Source: Octopus bimaculoides
Lineage: Eukaryota
DNA: 64,000 nt
Assembly (NCBI RefSeq): GCF_001194135.2
Contig: NC_068988.1
Coordinates: 3,236,406 to 3,300,405, forward strand
Direction: 5' to 3'
Position numbers and translations under genes: made by a program. Under the pieces are notes generated by a model. The model searched no databases, was not told the origin of the DNA, and saw only the letters and a list, made by a program, of their open reading frames with translations. Each line of letters opens with the position of its first letter. Positions within the stretch are counted from its first letter, which is position 1. Below are positions 1 to 12,830 of this stretch, in pieces.

Positions 1-142
1 TACACACATGTGTGAGTGTGTGTGTGTGCTTGTTTGCATGTGTGTGTGTGTGTGTGTGGTGGGGTGTTACTCAATGGAGGAAAGTTGCATTTGTTATATT
101 TGGAAAAACGCTGGGACCACCTGGAATGGTTTACTATTAAGA

Positions 143-590
143 TACGAGGTGGTACCCAAAAGTAACCAGAAACATTCTCAGTGGGAGAAGCCCATTGTAG
201 TTCTGGCTTCTGCTGCTAGAAGCCACTTGATGCAATCCTCAGGCATCAGCGTTGTTAAGTGCAGTCCAATTGCCACATGGTATGTCTTTGTTTTGCAGTG
301 CTTCTCCCCTATTTGTCAATTTTTGCTATGGCTGAAATGAAGAAATTCGATTTTCTGCTGGGGAAAACAGTGGCTGAAACAGTTGTCATGTATCAAACAG
401 CTTACAAGGATGCTGCCATGAGCAAAATACAAGATGGTGAGTGGTTTTTATGCTTTAAGAATGGCCACTTGTTGCTTGAAGACCAATCTTGTTCAGGGTG
501 ACCATTGACCTCCTGACCGAATGAAAACATCATGAAAATTCATGAACTGATCTTTTCTCATTGAAGCAGCTTATATTGTCAGTAAAGTAT
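143..590 (+). mobile_element. Mariner transposon 5' relic (TIR-like start plus decayed N-terminal HTH of transposase)
   Basis: Starts TACGAGGTGG at 143, a mariner-type terminus. Translation FLLGKTVAETVVMYQTAYKDAAMSKIQDGEWFLCFKNGHLLLEDQSCSG*PLTS*PNENIMKIHELI matches the mariner N-terminal pattern LGKSATET...AYG..AMS...VFEW...FK.G...LED..RSGRPSTS...ENI.K..ELI, with in-frame stops. Confidence 0.85.
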
Positions 591-672
591 TTTCTGTTTA
601 AGATCATTTGTTAAGGCATAAAAGTTTAAGTGAGAAAAAAATGCATGCCAGAACCATCTGTGTAATGGAGAA

Positions 673-674
<2 letters not shown>

Positions 675-717
<43 letters not shown>
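675..717. repeat. (AAT)n microsatellite
   Basis: Perfect AAT run read directly. Confidence 0.95.
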
Positions 718-1032
718 GCCATGTGTTGAGAGGAATTCTTTGGGGTTTGAATAATTCACCTCTGGAAACATGGGTGTTTTGTTCAACATCCTTAAATAAC
801 CCTTATTCAGGGACTATTTGAGTGGGATCAGCTACTCGATCTGAAGAAAATTCTAACTGGGCCTCACCTGCAAGGTCATATGCTGTTTATCTTGATATGA
901 GGTCACCATGTTGTGCACATGTGGTTGTGATGCATGTGCCTGGTGTACCCGTATCAGACAGGTAGTCAAGATGGGTATATTGGGCTTCGTATATTTTACC
1001 CCAGTGTCACTTTGATGGCACTGCTCTCTCAA
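718..1032 (+). mobile_element. Interspersed repeat flanked by (AAT)n; second copy inverted at about 54760-54995
   Basis: 790-1030 aligns by eye to the reverse complement of 54762-54995 (e.g. gtgcctggtgtaccc / gggtacaccaggcac; gggtatattgggctt / aagcccagtataccc). Both copies abut AAT/ATT runs. Confidence 0.75.
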
Positions 1033-1149
1033 TAATAATAATAATAAGCAGGTAGCATGGTGCCATAGGCTGCAGGTAGCAAGCCCACTACGCATGCAAG
1101 GTTCCAGGAATTCTAGCAAAACCTGTCATAAAAAGAAATAATAATGATA

Positions 1150-2995
1150 GTGGTTTCAAATTTTGGCACAAGGCCAGCAATTTCAGGAGAGGGAACAGTC
1201 GATAACATCGACCACAATGCTCAAAGGACCTTAAAAGCATGAAAGGTAAAGTTGACCTCAGCAGAGTTTGAACTCAGAAACTAAAATCAGACAAAATGCC
1301 ATGAAGCATTTTTTTTACCTGACATGTTAATGATTCTGCTGCTGCTGATAATGACGATGGTGATCTTATGTTGGTAAAAGGCCAGCAATTTTGAGAGGAA
1401 AGTCAATGACATTTTCCACAGTACTTTGACCTCGAAGGGATGAAAGACAAAGTTGACCTCACTGGTATTTAAACTCTGAATGTTAAGGAATCGGTACTAA
1501 ATACCACAAGTTATTTTATCAACTAATAATTTTGTCTGCTATCGATACAAGGCATGAAATTTTGGCACGAGGGGTAAATCAATTATATCAACCCCCAATA
1601 CACAACTGGTACTTATTTTATCAACCCTGAAAAGATGAAAGACAAAATCGACCTCAGCGGAATTTGAACTCAGAACATGCAGACAGACAAAGTGTTGTTA
1701 AGCATTCTGCCCAACATGCTAGTGATTCAGCCAGCTCACTACAATAACAACAACAACAATAATAACAATAACAATAATAATTGGTTTACTATCCATGCAG
1801 GAAGGGCAAAAGATTGTCACACATAGTGAGAAGAGCATTGTCACTGAATTTTCTTTCCTTTTTCCCTTTCATTTTCTTTGTTTCTTTTCCTTTTTTCTTA
1901 TTTCCTTCTTTCCTTTTTCTCTCTGTCTTTCTTCCACTTTTTTTTGTCATGTAACTTTGTAAAGGAACAATCTGATGTCTTTGTTTTGATGGCCTACCAG
2001 TGAATAGAGTGAGTTTCTTTGCTCTGGGTGTTGAGAAGACACTCAGCAAGAAATGGAATCAAAATTGAAGGACGAAGAATGATAATAATAATGATTTCAA
2101 ATTTTTTTCCACAAAGGCAGCTTGGGGGAGGGAATTAAATCAATTAGATCGACCCCAATGCTCAACTGTTACTTATTTAATCTACCCTGAAAGGATGAAC
2201 GGCAAAGTCGACCTTGGCAGAATTTGAACTCAGAACACGAAGACAAATGAAATGCCACTTACCATTTTGCTCAGGGTGCAACTAATTCAATGAGCTTGCT
2301 GCCTAAATAATAATAATAACAACAATAATAATAATAATAATAATAATAATGATAACGACAACAACAACAACAACAACAACAACAGTAATAATCCTTTTTA
2401 ATTTAGGTGCAAGTCCTGAAATTTTGAGGAAGGAGGCAAGTCGATTACATCGACCCCAGTGCTCAACTGGTACTTGATATATCGACCCCGAAAGGATGAA
2501 AGACAAAGTCGACCTTGAAAGAATTTGAACTCAGCATGTAAAGAAAGGTGACATGTAACTAAACATCTTGCCTAATGTGTTAACGATTCTGCCGGCTCAC
2601 TATCCTAATAATAATAATAAATAATAATAATAATCCTTTCTACTATAGGCTCAAGGCTTGAAATTTTGGGGGAAAGGCAAAGTTGATTAGATCGACCCCA
2701 ATATGCAACAGGTACTTTTGCTTGACATGCTAATGATTCTGCCATCTTGCCATAATAATAATAATAAGATTGGTTTCAAATTTTGGCACAAGGCCAGCAA
2801 TATGAGGGGAGCAGAGGAAGTTGATTGCATTGACCCCAGTGCTCAACTGGAGTTTATTTCCTTAACCCCCCCCCTCTCCGAAGAATGAAAGGCAAAATTG
2901 ACCTTGACGGAGTTTGAACTCAGAACCTAAAGACAGAGAAAATGCCACTAAGCATTTTGCCCAGTGTGCTAATGATTTTGCCAGCTCACCACCTT
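1150..2995 (-). mobile_element. Cluster of about 7 same-orientation copies of SINE family A
   Basis: Repeated blocks ttcaaattttggcacaaggccagcaattt...atcgaccccagtgctcaactggtacttatt...ccctgaaaggatgaaaggcaaagtcgacct...gaatttgaactcagaa at about 1150, 1375, 1550, 2100, 2400, 2640 and 2770, mostly separated by AAT/AAC runs. The minus strand carries a B-box-like GAGTTCAAATTC. Confidence 0.9.
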
Positions 2996-3002
2996 AATAA
3001 TG

Positions 3003-3047
<45 letters not shown>

Positions 3048-3139
3048 GTATTAATCACATTTTTATGATGATTTCCCTTTACAATAAATACAGTCAAGTG
3101 TATGCTTTTCAAACAGTTTTCCCTTCCCTAAAAATCTGA

Positions 3140-3298
3140 TTGATATGTATATACACACTAACATGTATACATACATCTGTGTGTGCGTGTGGTTGTATTT
3201 ATATGTATATTTATGTATGTACAGGTATGTATGTGCATATATATATACATATATGCACACATAAACATATAAATATATATATATATGTACATATATGC

Positions 3299-3338
<40 letters not shown>

Positions 3339-3426
3339 ACCCACACACACATGTAAATATATACATGTCTGTGTGTGTGCACATGTGTGTAAATATATAT
3401 GCATAAATATATGTGTAGGTATATAT

Positions 3427-3492
<66 letters not shown>

Positions 3493-3503
3493 CTATATAA
3501 ATT

Positions 3504-3545
<42 letters not shown>

Positions 3546-3690
3546 AATAAATAGATATATAGATATATATATATACATATATAATATATATACATCTACA
3601 TAATATGCACATACACATACATACATACACACACTCACATATATATGTACACTCACACACACATGTATGTTTGTATGTATGTATGTGTTT
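3140..3690. repeat. Compound (TG)/(TA)/(CA) microsatellite
   Basis: Read directly; a further (TA)n lies at about 3957-4021. Confidence 0.95.
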
Positions 3691-3953
3691 CTCTCTCCAA
3701 GACAGATAGATAAACTGCTATCAGAATGATATAATCACAATGGCTTGCAGTTTATATTTTAGTTTCCTTTTTTTTTTACATTCTTTATATTCTATTTTCT
3801 TTTTTTCCTTTTATTCAAGAAGATCAAATGTATTCATATCATTTTATATTAGTAATTTTTTTTATGTTTCCGATCAATTGACGTTAGTTTTTAACCAAAA
3901 TGCTCTGCAGTAATATCTTTTGCAATTTTATTATTATTATTTTTTTTTTTGTG

Positions 3954-4022
<69 letters not shown>

Positions 4023-6164
4023 TGTTTCTTTGTTTTTGGGTGATTTTTTTTTTCTCATTGTTTATTTTCTCTTCTTTCTGCACCAGTAATTGTAAAAGCT
4101 ATAGCAAGCAAATCATGACATTTCCCCCCATAAATATATATATATGTGTTTTTTGTTTTGTTTTGTTTTGTTTCTTTGTTTTGTTTGTTTAACATATTTC
4201 GCCTTCATACTTCATATACTTAAAATTACTGATTGGAGATGGAAGAGATAAAGATATATACTTTAAAATTCAAAGCATAACCATATGATAAAAAAGAATT
4301 ATGCTCTGCTTCTTGGGCTGTGTTGTGCATATTAAGTGTGTACGCTTTCTGAGAACTATTCTTGGCAATCAGTGGAAATACAACTACAAGAATAAACAGA
4401 CATTTCAAAACCATATAAAAAAAAAAAACAACATAACCTCCAACAGAAAATACGTAGCTACAATCATCTATAATTTCTCAATAGACAAATGTACTGTGTT
4501 CTTTTTATTAAATTGTTTATTTTATTATCATTGCTTTGTTATTGTGAAAGAATACATAAAAGATTATACAGGGGTTTCTATGTTTTGCTTGTTAGATCAT
4601 TGTTGCCTCATATTAACAATGATAACACTTATCTCAGAAAACCTCACTGATATCATCAGCATCATTGCCACTATCAACTCATTACATCGTTTTAGCTGAA
4701 CATTTTCTGAATATAACAATGAAAACCAGAAAATAAACAAAACATGCTTACAATTACAGTTAACTCATGCTTGTCTACAGATTCATGCACATTACTTGTG
4801 AAGAATGCAAGTGTACCAACTTAAAATGACACATCTACTAACACAGATCACTCTACATTCTGCATAGACAAAATACAAGTTGAGAGGCAAAAAAAAAAAG
4901 AAGACATGCTCATTATGTTTGTTTTTTTTTTGTTTTTTCTATGGCTCTCCTTGTTAATTAACTGCTTATTTTATTTATTTGTTATTATTATTTTTGGCTT
5001 ACTTTTCCAAATTAGTATTCTTTTGTTTGACAAGGCATTTCATTATGATGTATTATTTCTTCATGTCTAATACCTCTCTTGGTTTACTTTTGTGTTTAGT
5101 TTTTTTTTTGTTATGTTGTTGTTTGAAGTAGTTGAAGCTCCTGTTAGTTTTTTCTTTTCTTTTTTTGTTTTGTCTTTTTAGTAATAGGAAAGACCAATAA
5201 CATACAAACAAATAAAAAAAAAGCAGATAGAAAAATAAATTAGAAGCTTTTAAGACGAGATGATTTTCATGATTTCCATGACAGAATGAACTTCCTTATA
5301 AGAAATTCTAATGCAGCATCATTAATAAAAAATACTGCACTACAGATTCCAAATAAAAAAAAATGAAAAGAGAGAGAAAGAAAAAAAAATGAAAATTGTA
5401 TTTTCTATCTTAAAACCATGATTAGAATTATTGTTTTTTTTATTTTTTATTTTTTTATTTTTGCTGCAAGTGAAGACTATTAGAAGCAGTTGTAGTTGAT
5501 GCTATTTTGATAGCTGGAGACATTAAGTGTGAAGAATTGACTCAGCATTGATGTTTTACACTAGCTGTACTAATGTCCCAGCACTCAGTCACAATTGTAT
5601 CATCGCTAAACACTTCATCTCTATGAAATAATTTAAGCTAGTTTTAGTCTTCATTATCCCAAGAGAATGACTGCAGTTTAGTAATCATTAATTAATTACT
5701 CGACACCATTTTCTACACTGTTGTTTCTCATGATAAACTCAGCTGCCATTTGGAACTATCTAATGAGACAAAGACTGTGTAAAACATATAAAGGAATCCC
5801 TGTAGTGTTACCAAAGATCATCAACAAAGAAATACAATCAGGTATCTTTAATCAACAGCAAAGGTGACTGCATGAATTCCATTATATTTTAAGCAACCAA
5901 TTTGGCTTACAACAAAAATCAGTAGATTTCCCCATAGCTCAAATATTAAAGATACTTTGGATGGTGGCAAAGCGTTATCTTTTCCAAAGTAGTTTCTTAA
6001 GAAATTGTTGAGATAAAAAAAATGTCTTTCATGAGAAAGTTTTCGAAGCCTCTCTGTCCAGCCAATGTTTTAATTTGTCAACCATCAATTTTACAGAAAC
6101 TTACAGTTCAGTATGTTAATTGATCTTGACAATTTCTGCAAAAACGAGTTATTTCTAGACATTG

Positions 6165-6262
6165 TTGATTTTATGCTACTGGTATGTGAGATGAAAAAAA
6201 TCAGAGTGAATGACCTAGCACCAAGTAAATTGAACAGATATCTGGAGTGTAACACTTAAGAA
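6165..6262 (+). mobile_element. Possible hAT (Buster/Charlie-like) transposase BED-finger relic
   Basis: Short translation VNDLAPSKLNRYLE resembles the NESLxPSKLxRHLE motif; no other motif could be confirmed. Confidence 0.3.
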
Positions 6263-7349
6263 ATCAAAATGGTTACAAGAATTTTAACATGGAAAACCAG
6301 TTCCTCAAACTATATTTTCTAACTTGTAAGCTGGTTCCAAAAAAAGAAGCTGACATTCCATATATCAAAAAGATTGGCATGGTGGTGACAAGTCAAAATG
6401 ATTACAGAATATGGATATTTTACACTCATATCTGAAGGCAGCAGAATGATTGCAGTTGATGAAAATAGTTGTTGAAAATAATGGCCATCAACTGCTTATA
6501 TAGCAGGAGACACTATGTTATAGCAAAAGTATTTGAATAAACAAAAACACAATCTCCAAAATGGGCACCAAAAACCATGTGGGTTGGAATTTATGGTATT
6601 CAACCATTAAACTCTCAGATAACCATCCAGAAATTGATTCCAGTTGCAATTAACACATATCATTTACTTTGATGAACTTGCAATAAAACCAGTGCAGATA
6701 AAATTGACAAATGAATTCTCCTTCTACTCTCACAAACCCAGTCACCCCTCAGCCATCCCCCATGGCCACAGTCAAATGACTGAAACAAATAAAAGAATAT
6801 AATCATATATAATTGTATGATGATTATGATGATGATGATGATGATGATATACTAATTTAAAATTGCTCATTGCAATCCCAATGACTTCTAGAGGCAAAGC
6901 CAATATCCAGTATCATTATTGTGGTCCTTTATTTCTGATGCAAGCTTTATCCCATAGTGATATAACATGTCCAGATTCCCATATTTCATGTTCCATTGTT
7001 GATTAAAGTAACTGATGCAAGATTATCATAATCTTCAGAGGTTGTCCTGTTCCTTGTATTTAAGCCCTTTTACAAGCAAGGTTGCTCATTAAATATATAT
7101 TAGAAGTATCCCTTTGCCACCACTGGTATTATCAAAAACTATGGCATACATACAATAGTTTATAAGTTAAATTTTATCTAATTTCTTGGTTCTTTTACAA
7201 GATTATGAAATAAATAATATCTTTAAAATAAAAATATTTATTACCTAAAAATAATAAAAATATTTTCTAATAGGTGTGTTTGTAATAAATATATGTTATA
7301 ACTTGAAAGCTATGGAGTAATAACTGAATTAATTAGAAATAGAATTAAA

Positions 7350-8630
7350 AGAGATCAGAAGCAGATCAGTTTAGTGTTGGATAGAAGTAGTCCTGATGCT
7401 ATCTTCCTAATCAGCTGCAGAAGTATTTAGGATACAGTAAACCTTTATACTTTGCATTTGTTGACCTGGAGAAAGCCTTTGGCAAAGTTCCTTGCTCTGT
7501 GATTTGGTGGTCTCTGAGGAAGCTAGGGATAGGCAAATGGCTTGTCAAAGCTGTACAAGACATGTACAGGGGTGCAGTCAGTACGGTGAGAGTTAGCCAT
7601 GAGTACAGTGATGAATTTAGTGTAGAGGTGGGCGTCCACCGGGGCTCAGTTCCCAGTCCCTTTCTATTCATCATTGTCTTCCAGTCCATAGCAGAAGAAT
7701 TCAAGACTGACTGCCTCTGGGAACAACTATGGTATATGCTGATGATCTTACCCTCGTAGCTGAATCTGTAACAGAATTAGAAAAGAAAGGCCTCAAAGTT
7801 AATTTAGCAAAGGCTAAAGCTCTAGTAAGCAAAACAGATAGGACACTATCCTCTTCAAGTAAATGGCCCTTCTCTATGTGTAGGAAAGGTGTAGGCAGAA
7901 ATTGCATATGTTGTATCCAGTGCAAGCTATAGATGCACAAGTGGTGAAGTGAAATCACAGGAAGGTTAATGGAGAAAGTAGTTTTTGTATGTGGAAGATT
8001 CACAGTTGCCATAAAGTCTGAGATCACACAAGAAATTGATTTTCTCAAAACACCACAAAGACTCCTTAGAGGCAGAAAATAGTTTCTGTTACTTTGGTGA
8101 CCTAATTAGCAGTAGAAGAAGATGTTCTGAAAGTATAGTTACAAGAATTAGAAAACGATGGATAAACTTGTGAGAGCTATTACCACTTTTGGCAGGAGTG
8201 AAGATCTCTCTCTGAGTGAAAGGCAGATTGTATGATGTTTGTGTATGTACTGCAATACTATATGGCAGTGAAACATGGACCCTAAATGCAGAGGACACAT
8301 AAAGACTGAAAATGAATGGAGTTTGTATGCTCTACTGGATGTGAATTGTTAATGTCCATGTACAACAACGTGTAAATGTATTGAAATAAAAATTAGGCAT
8401 AAAGAGGTATCAGCTGTAGTGTGCAAGAGAGAAGAATGTGCTGGTTTGGTCATGTGATGCCTATAGAGGAGAACAGTTGCATAACAAAGTGCTGTTCACA
8501 TAGAGGGGATGGAACTTGTGGAAAAGGGAACCATTTTATTGAAGGCTGATCTCAAGATGTTGAGCTTTATGGAGATGACAAAGGACTGTGATGATTGGTG
8601 TTTTGCTGTGCTCAAGAAGACACAGCTATT
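7350..8630 (+). mobile_element. RTE-clade LINE relic (reverse transcriptase and C-terminal region), frameshifted
   Basis: RSSPDAIFL...KYLGYSKPLYFAFVDLEKAFGKVP..VIWWSLRKLG...VGVHRGSVPSPFLFIIV...YADDLTL...GLKVNLAK, then a C-C-rich segment, FCYFGD, LY..C..TAILYGSETW and WFGHV. These are RTE-type RT motifs, with stops and frameshifts. Confidence 0.93.
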
Positions 8631-11089
8631 TAAAAATGAGATCTTAAAACTACCAAATTATGCTTGTACGTGCAGGGCCGTTTCCACTCCTCTCCTCTCT
8701 TTGACTAGTCAAGCCTTTTCTCACCCTCATTTTCCTCCCTTGCTCATCTATGGTACCCACTTGAAAAACACAATCAGCATGTATTCCATTGTACTCCTCC
8801 TCCCCACTTCTATTCCTCCTCCTCCTCATCCTTTCTATGCTGTCAGCCCCTTCTCTCTGCTATACTCCATTCTAAATACCTCTCTTTCCTCCTACCATTC
8901 TCAATGCTCTTCCCATATCTAATTATAATATTAATTATAATATTCTTGTTATTGCAAGTATGGTAGGACTCATAATTTAGATTCTATCTCAAAATCATGT
9001 TGCCTCTTGAAACAGCTTCCTTAACACCTGTTTCTGTATGTTTTGTTAGAATGTATATTCATGAAAAATATACTTATTTTTTCTTTTCCAATAATGAATT
9101 ACATAGATTTACATAGGAAGTATGTATGGCACAGTGAAACTTGAATACCTTTCAGTTGTTGCTACAGAATGAAAGTTTTATCTGTGAATGTTGGCATTGC
9201 ACAAAGTTATATATTCAAAATGATCCATATAGATTTGAAAACAGGTTCTATTCCAAGTTTTGATATATCTCTCCCATCTTCCAGTTGAAAACTAACCATT
9301 CTTATGCATAGTCTCTGAATTTATATGGAATTTAATTTCAGATGCTAATTTTGTCTTTCATTTGAGAATTTTCTAAATTATTTTCTCCTTAATGCTGTAA
9401 AATGAAAATACTTTCTCATTGTGGATAGATTAATCCCATCATTTAATAGAATGTGATGGACACATCCTTGATCAGCTCAACACAATTTTCAGGCATTATT
9501 TTATGAGACAGTTTTACAAATAAATAGTAAAATAATGACCAGGAGTTGATTGAGGAAAGAGTAGAGTAAATAACATCCAAAACCTACAATTACCTCAACA
9601 ATGTTAAAACCTATTCCGAGCATGTTTGTAACTGACATCCAATGTATTTGTGCTAGAGTTTACAACAGAAAAATAGGATAAGCTCTAAGATTAGAATAAT
9701 GGATCCTTGAGAGAAAAGTTTTAAGCAAAGGTAAAACATAACATTCAAAAAAGGTAGAATGGCTACGGTGGGAAATGAAAACTTTATACTGCTATGTGAC
9801 AAAGTTCCCTTTTATAGAGGAAAACCATAGCAGAGGCTACAAGAAATAGAACTGGTGATGTGTACAGTACTGGGTGGGATTGCTCTCAGTAAACTTTAAT
9901 GTTGTCCATTCGGACTAAGAGAGATAGAAACCTGGATGAAACAATGGTTTATGACTTCATCTCCCCTCTGAACACATGTACATCGCATTTAGTAACAAAC
10001 AAAGACTTTAGCTATTTGAAACATGCACAGATATATGAAAATTTGTGAATAATGGTAAAGACAACTTGGATCAAGGGTTATTTGGAAGTCCACAATGAGG
10101 TCAAGCCTTTTTCATAGAACTTATAACAGAGTTGAATTGAGTGAGGTGAATTAGAATGAGAATTATTTAAAAAAATGAGTTTTCCCATGAAAGTGATCTT
10201 GACTATGTATCACCACACAGTTCCAGTAAACAGAATTGGATATCTGATTCTCAGATATTCTTCAGTAAACTATCATCTCGGCTTTCTATTACATACAAGT
10301 CTTGAAAATAGTTTTCCCTTTCTCTTTAACATGGATGCTGTAAGAACATATGTTATATGTATCACAATGTCAGCCTCCATTTGGTAGTCATTGCACTGCA
10401 ATGCCTGCATGATCAGTTCACCTCTTTAAAAATACCAAATAGAAGAGTAATTCCTAGACTTCGGCGTGGCAGAATCAAAGATTTTAAGCCAAGAGCTATA
10501 ACATTCTCACTGAAACAACAAACAACTATAATCAGAAGAGTTTTTCAAAAATATCATTGGAAATAGTATACAGAATCAGTTTACCTGTACTGCAGTACAT
10601 AAAGACAAACAAAAGAAACAAATAAAATCAAAAGAAATTTACAAAAACAAATCATTTTAAAAAATAATTTAAGTAAATTACTCGACTATTTTGAAAATGT
10701 CAGTCACATTTTCAAGCAGCTTCTGGTTGCCTACTCCTCTCTTCCAGACCATCTTTTAACTTCTATCTTCAAATATTGCTTTCTTTTTCTTTCCAACTAC
10801 TTTTACTGGTTGCTAACTTTCTCTAGAATAATGTATATTTATTTCACCAGTCCTAATAGACCTTAGGTAATTTCCTGTCTGCATTCCTCTGCCATTCCTG
10901 TCCTTTCAATCACATCTTTCACATACTCTCTCTCCCTCCCTCTCTCTCTTGCTTCTTTCATTTTCTATTTTTGTCACAGTCTATTACTCCATCTTTTATA
11001 TTTGCTTTTTAAATTTTTCTTTATATATTGATGTCTTGCTTTCTATTTCTCTCAATCCTATTTCTTTTCTCCTTCTCATATATATTATT

Positions 11090-11376
11090 CTGTCTTTTTC
11101 TTCTATTCATTCTCTCTCTCCCCCACTCTTTCTTTCTTTTCTTTAACCTCTCTCTCTCTTTATATTCCTATTCCTACCTCCTCTCTCTCTGTCTCTCTCT
11201 GTCTCTCTCTCTCTGTCTCTCTCTCTCTGTCTCTCAGTCTCTCTCTCTCTCTCTCTCACTCTCTCTCTCTCATTATCTTCTTTGCTTTTCTTTTTTTTCC
11301 ATTTTTCTCTTCTTTCACCTCTTTTTATACATGTGCACACAAACAAACTTTCATATATACAAGAGGTTTGCACACA

Positions 11377-11419
<43 letters not shown>

Positions 11420-11506
11420 GCATACACACATATTTATATATTTATACATACATACACATATACATACATACTTATAGGTATGTGTATAGATACATGTATA
11501 CAGTGT

Positions 11507-11545
<39 letters not shown>
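11090..11545. repeat. Compound (CT)/(CTGT)/(CA)/(TG) microsatellite
   Basis: Read directly. Confidence 0.95.
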
Positions 11546-11547
<2 letters not shown>

Positions 11548-11884
11548 CACGAGTGTAGTGTATTTGTATGCACATATATTCTAAGTTTCTCTTCTCGTTA
11601 TTATCATTCTTAATTTATTTCAATTTTTCACCATTTCCATCAGAATAGAAATCTCAGTTAATTTTTCTTTGAAACTGTTGTTATCATTGATGTCTCTTTT
11701 ATTTATTTATTTTTTTCTTCATAGCTGGGAAGGTCTTATATAATTACAAACTTATAGAATGTTTTCAATCATCCTAAATTTGAATATTTTTGTTGGTGTC
11801 TGTCTGATTCTGAAGTCACAAGATTTGATTCAAGTTTGCATCAAACCTGTAAATCAAATATCCACTCTGCTCTACAGTCAAAAG

Positions 11885-11929
<45 letters not shown>

Positions 11930-12473
11930 ACCCACTTCAACAACAACAAAAGCTCCTGAAGCAATGATGCCCTTTCTAGAAAAGTGATCAATCATTGATT
12001 AACTTGCAATTTTCCCTTCACACCGAGACAGTGTTTTTGTTGGTCAACTGAAATTAGTCCATCACTCAGATTCAACCAGCTTAGCCATCTGCGAACCAAG
12101 CTTCTTAGTCACTATTTACAGCAGAATAATTACATTGAAACCATTAGTCATTCAACAATTAATGATTTATCAAAATTAGCCATTGCCCAACTGATTTAAC
12201 CATCCATTCATCAGCTAACATTACTAAACAATCTTATATAGTCATTGCTTCAACTTTATTAACCATCATTCAACTGACCTGGTCATTATTAATCTGACTG
12301 TATTAGTCATTCTGAACTTGCTTTAACCAACCAGTACCGAAATGGTATTTCTCATAACTTGACTAATGTGGTTCTCAGTGGTCACTCATTGATCTTAGTG
12401 ACTTGTGGAACCCGCAGGTCATCTGGATTATTTTAGACATCATAAATTATGGCAATTAACACAAAGTCATTAG

Positions 12474-12830
12474 GTGCTGGTATGGTCCCGTGGTGAAGAG
12501 TTTCATTTCATAACCATGAATAGCTGAGTTCCATCCCATTGTACAGCACTTTGGACAGCTAACTTTTGCTGTACCTTGTGAACGGAATTTGGTAAATAGA
12601 AACTATGTAGAAAATCGTCATGTGATTCATATATGTATGTATATTTCACTGTTGTGTATTGGCAAAGGATGTGAACTTTGACCTGAAAACTTGACATGCA
12701 GAGTTCTTTGAGCAAAGCTGTCACATTTTGTGGACAAATGTCTTCTACTGTGGCGTTGGGCTGGCTAATGCCTCATGAGTGAATTTAGTGGATGGAAACT
12801 GTGTGGAATCCCATTATGTATGCGTATACT
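12474..12830 (+). mobile_element. Two decayed tRNA-headed SINE 5' fragments (family B-like)
   Basis: ggtatggtcccgtggtgaagag...gagttccatccc and caaatgtcttctactgtgg...gtgagtgaatttagtggatggaaactg resemble the family B head. Confidence 0.55.
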
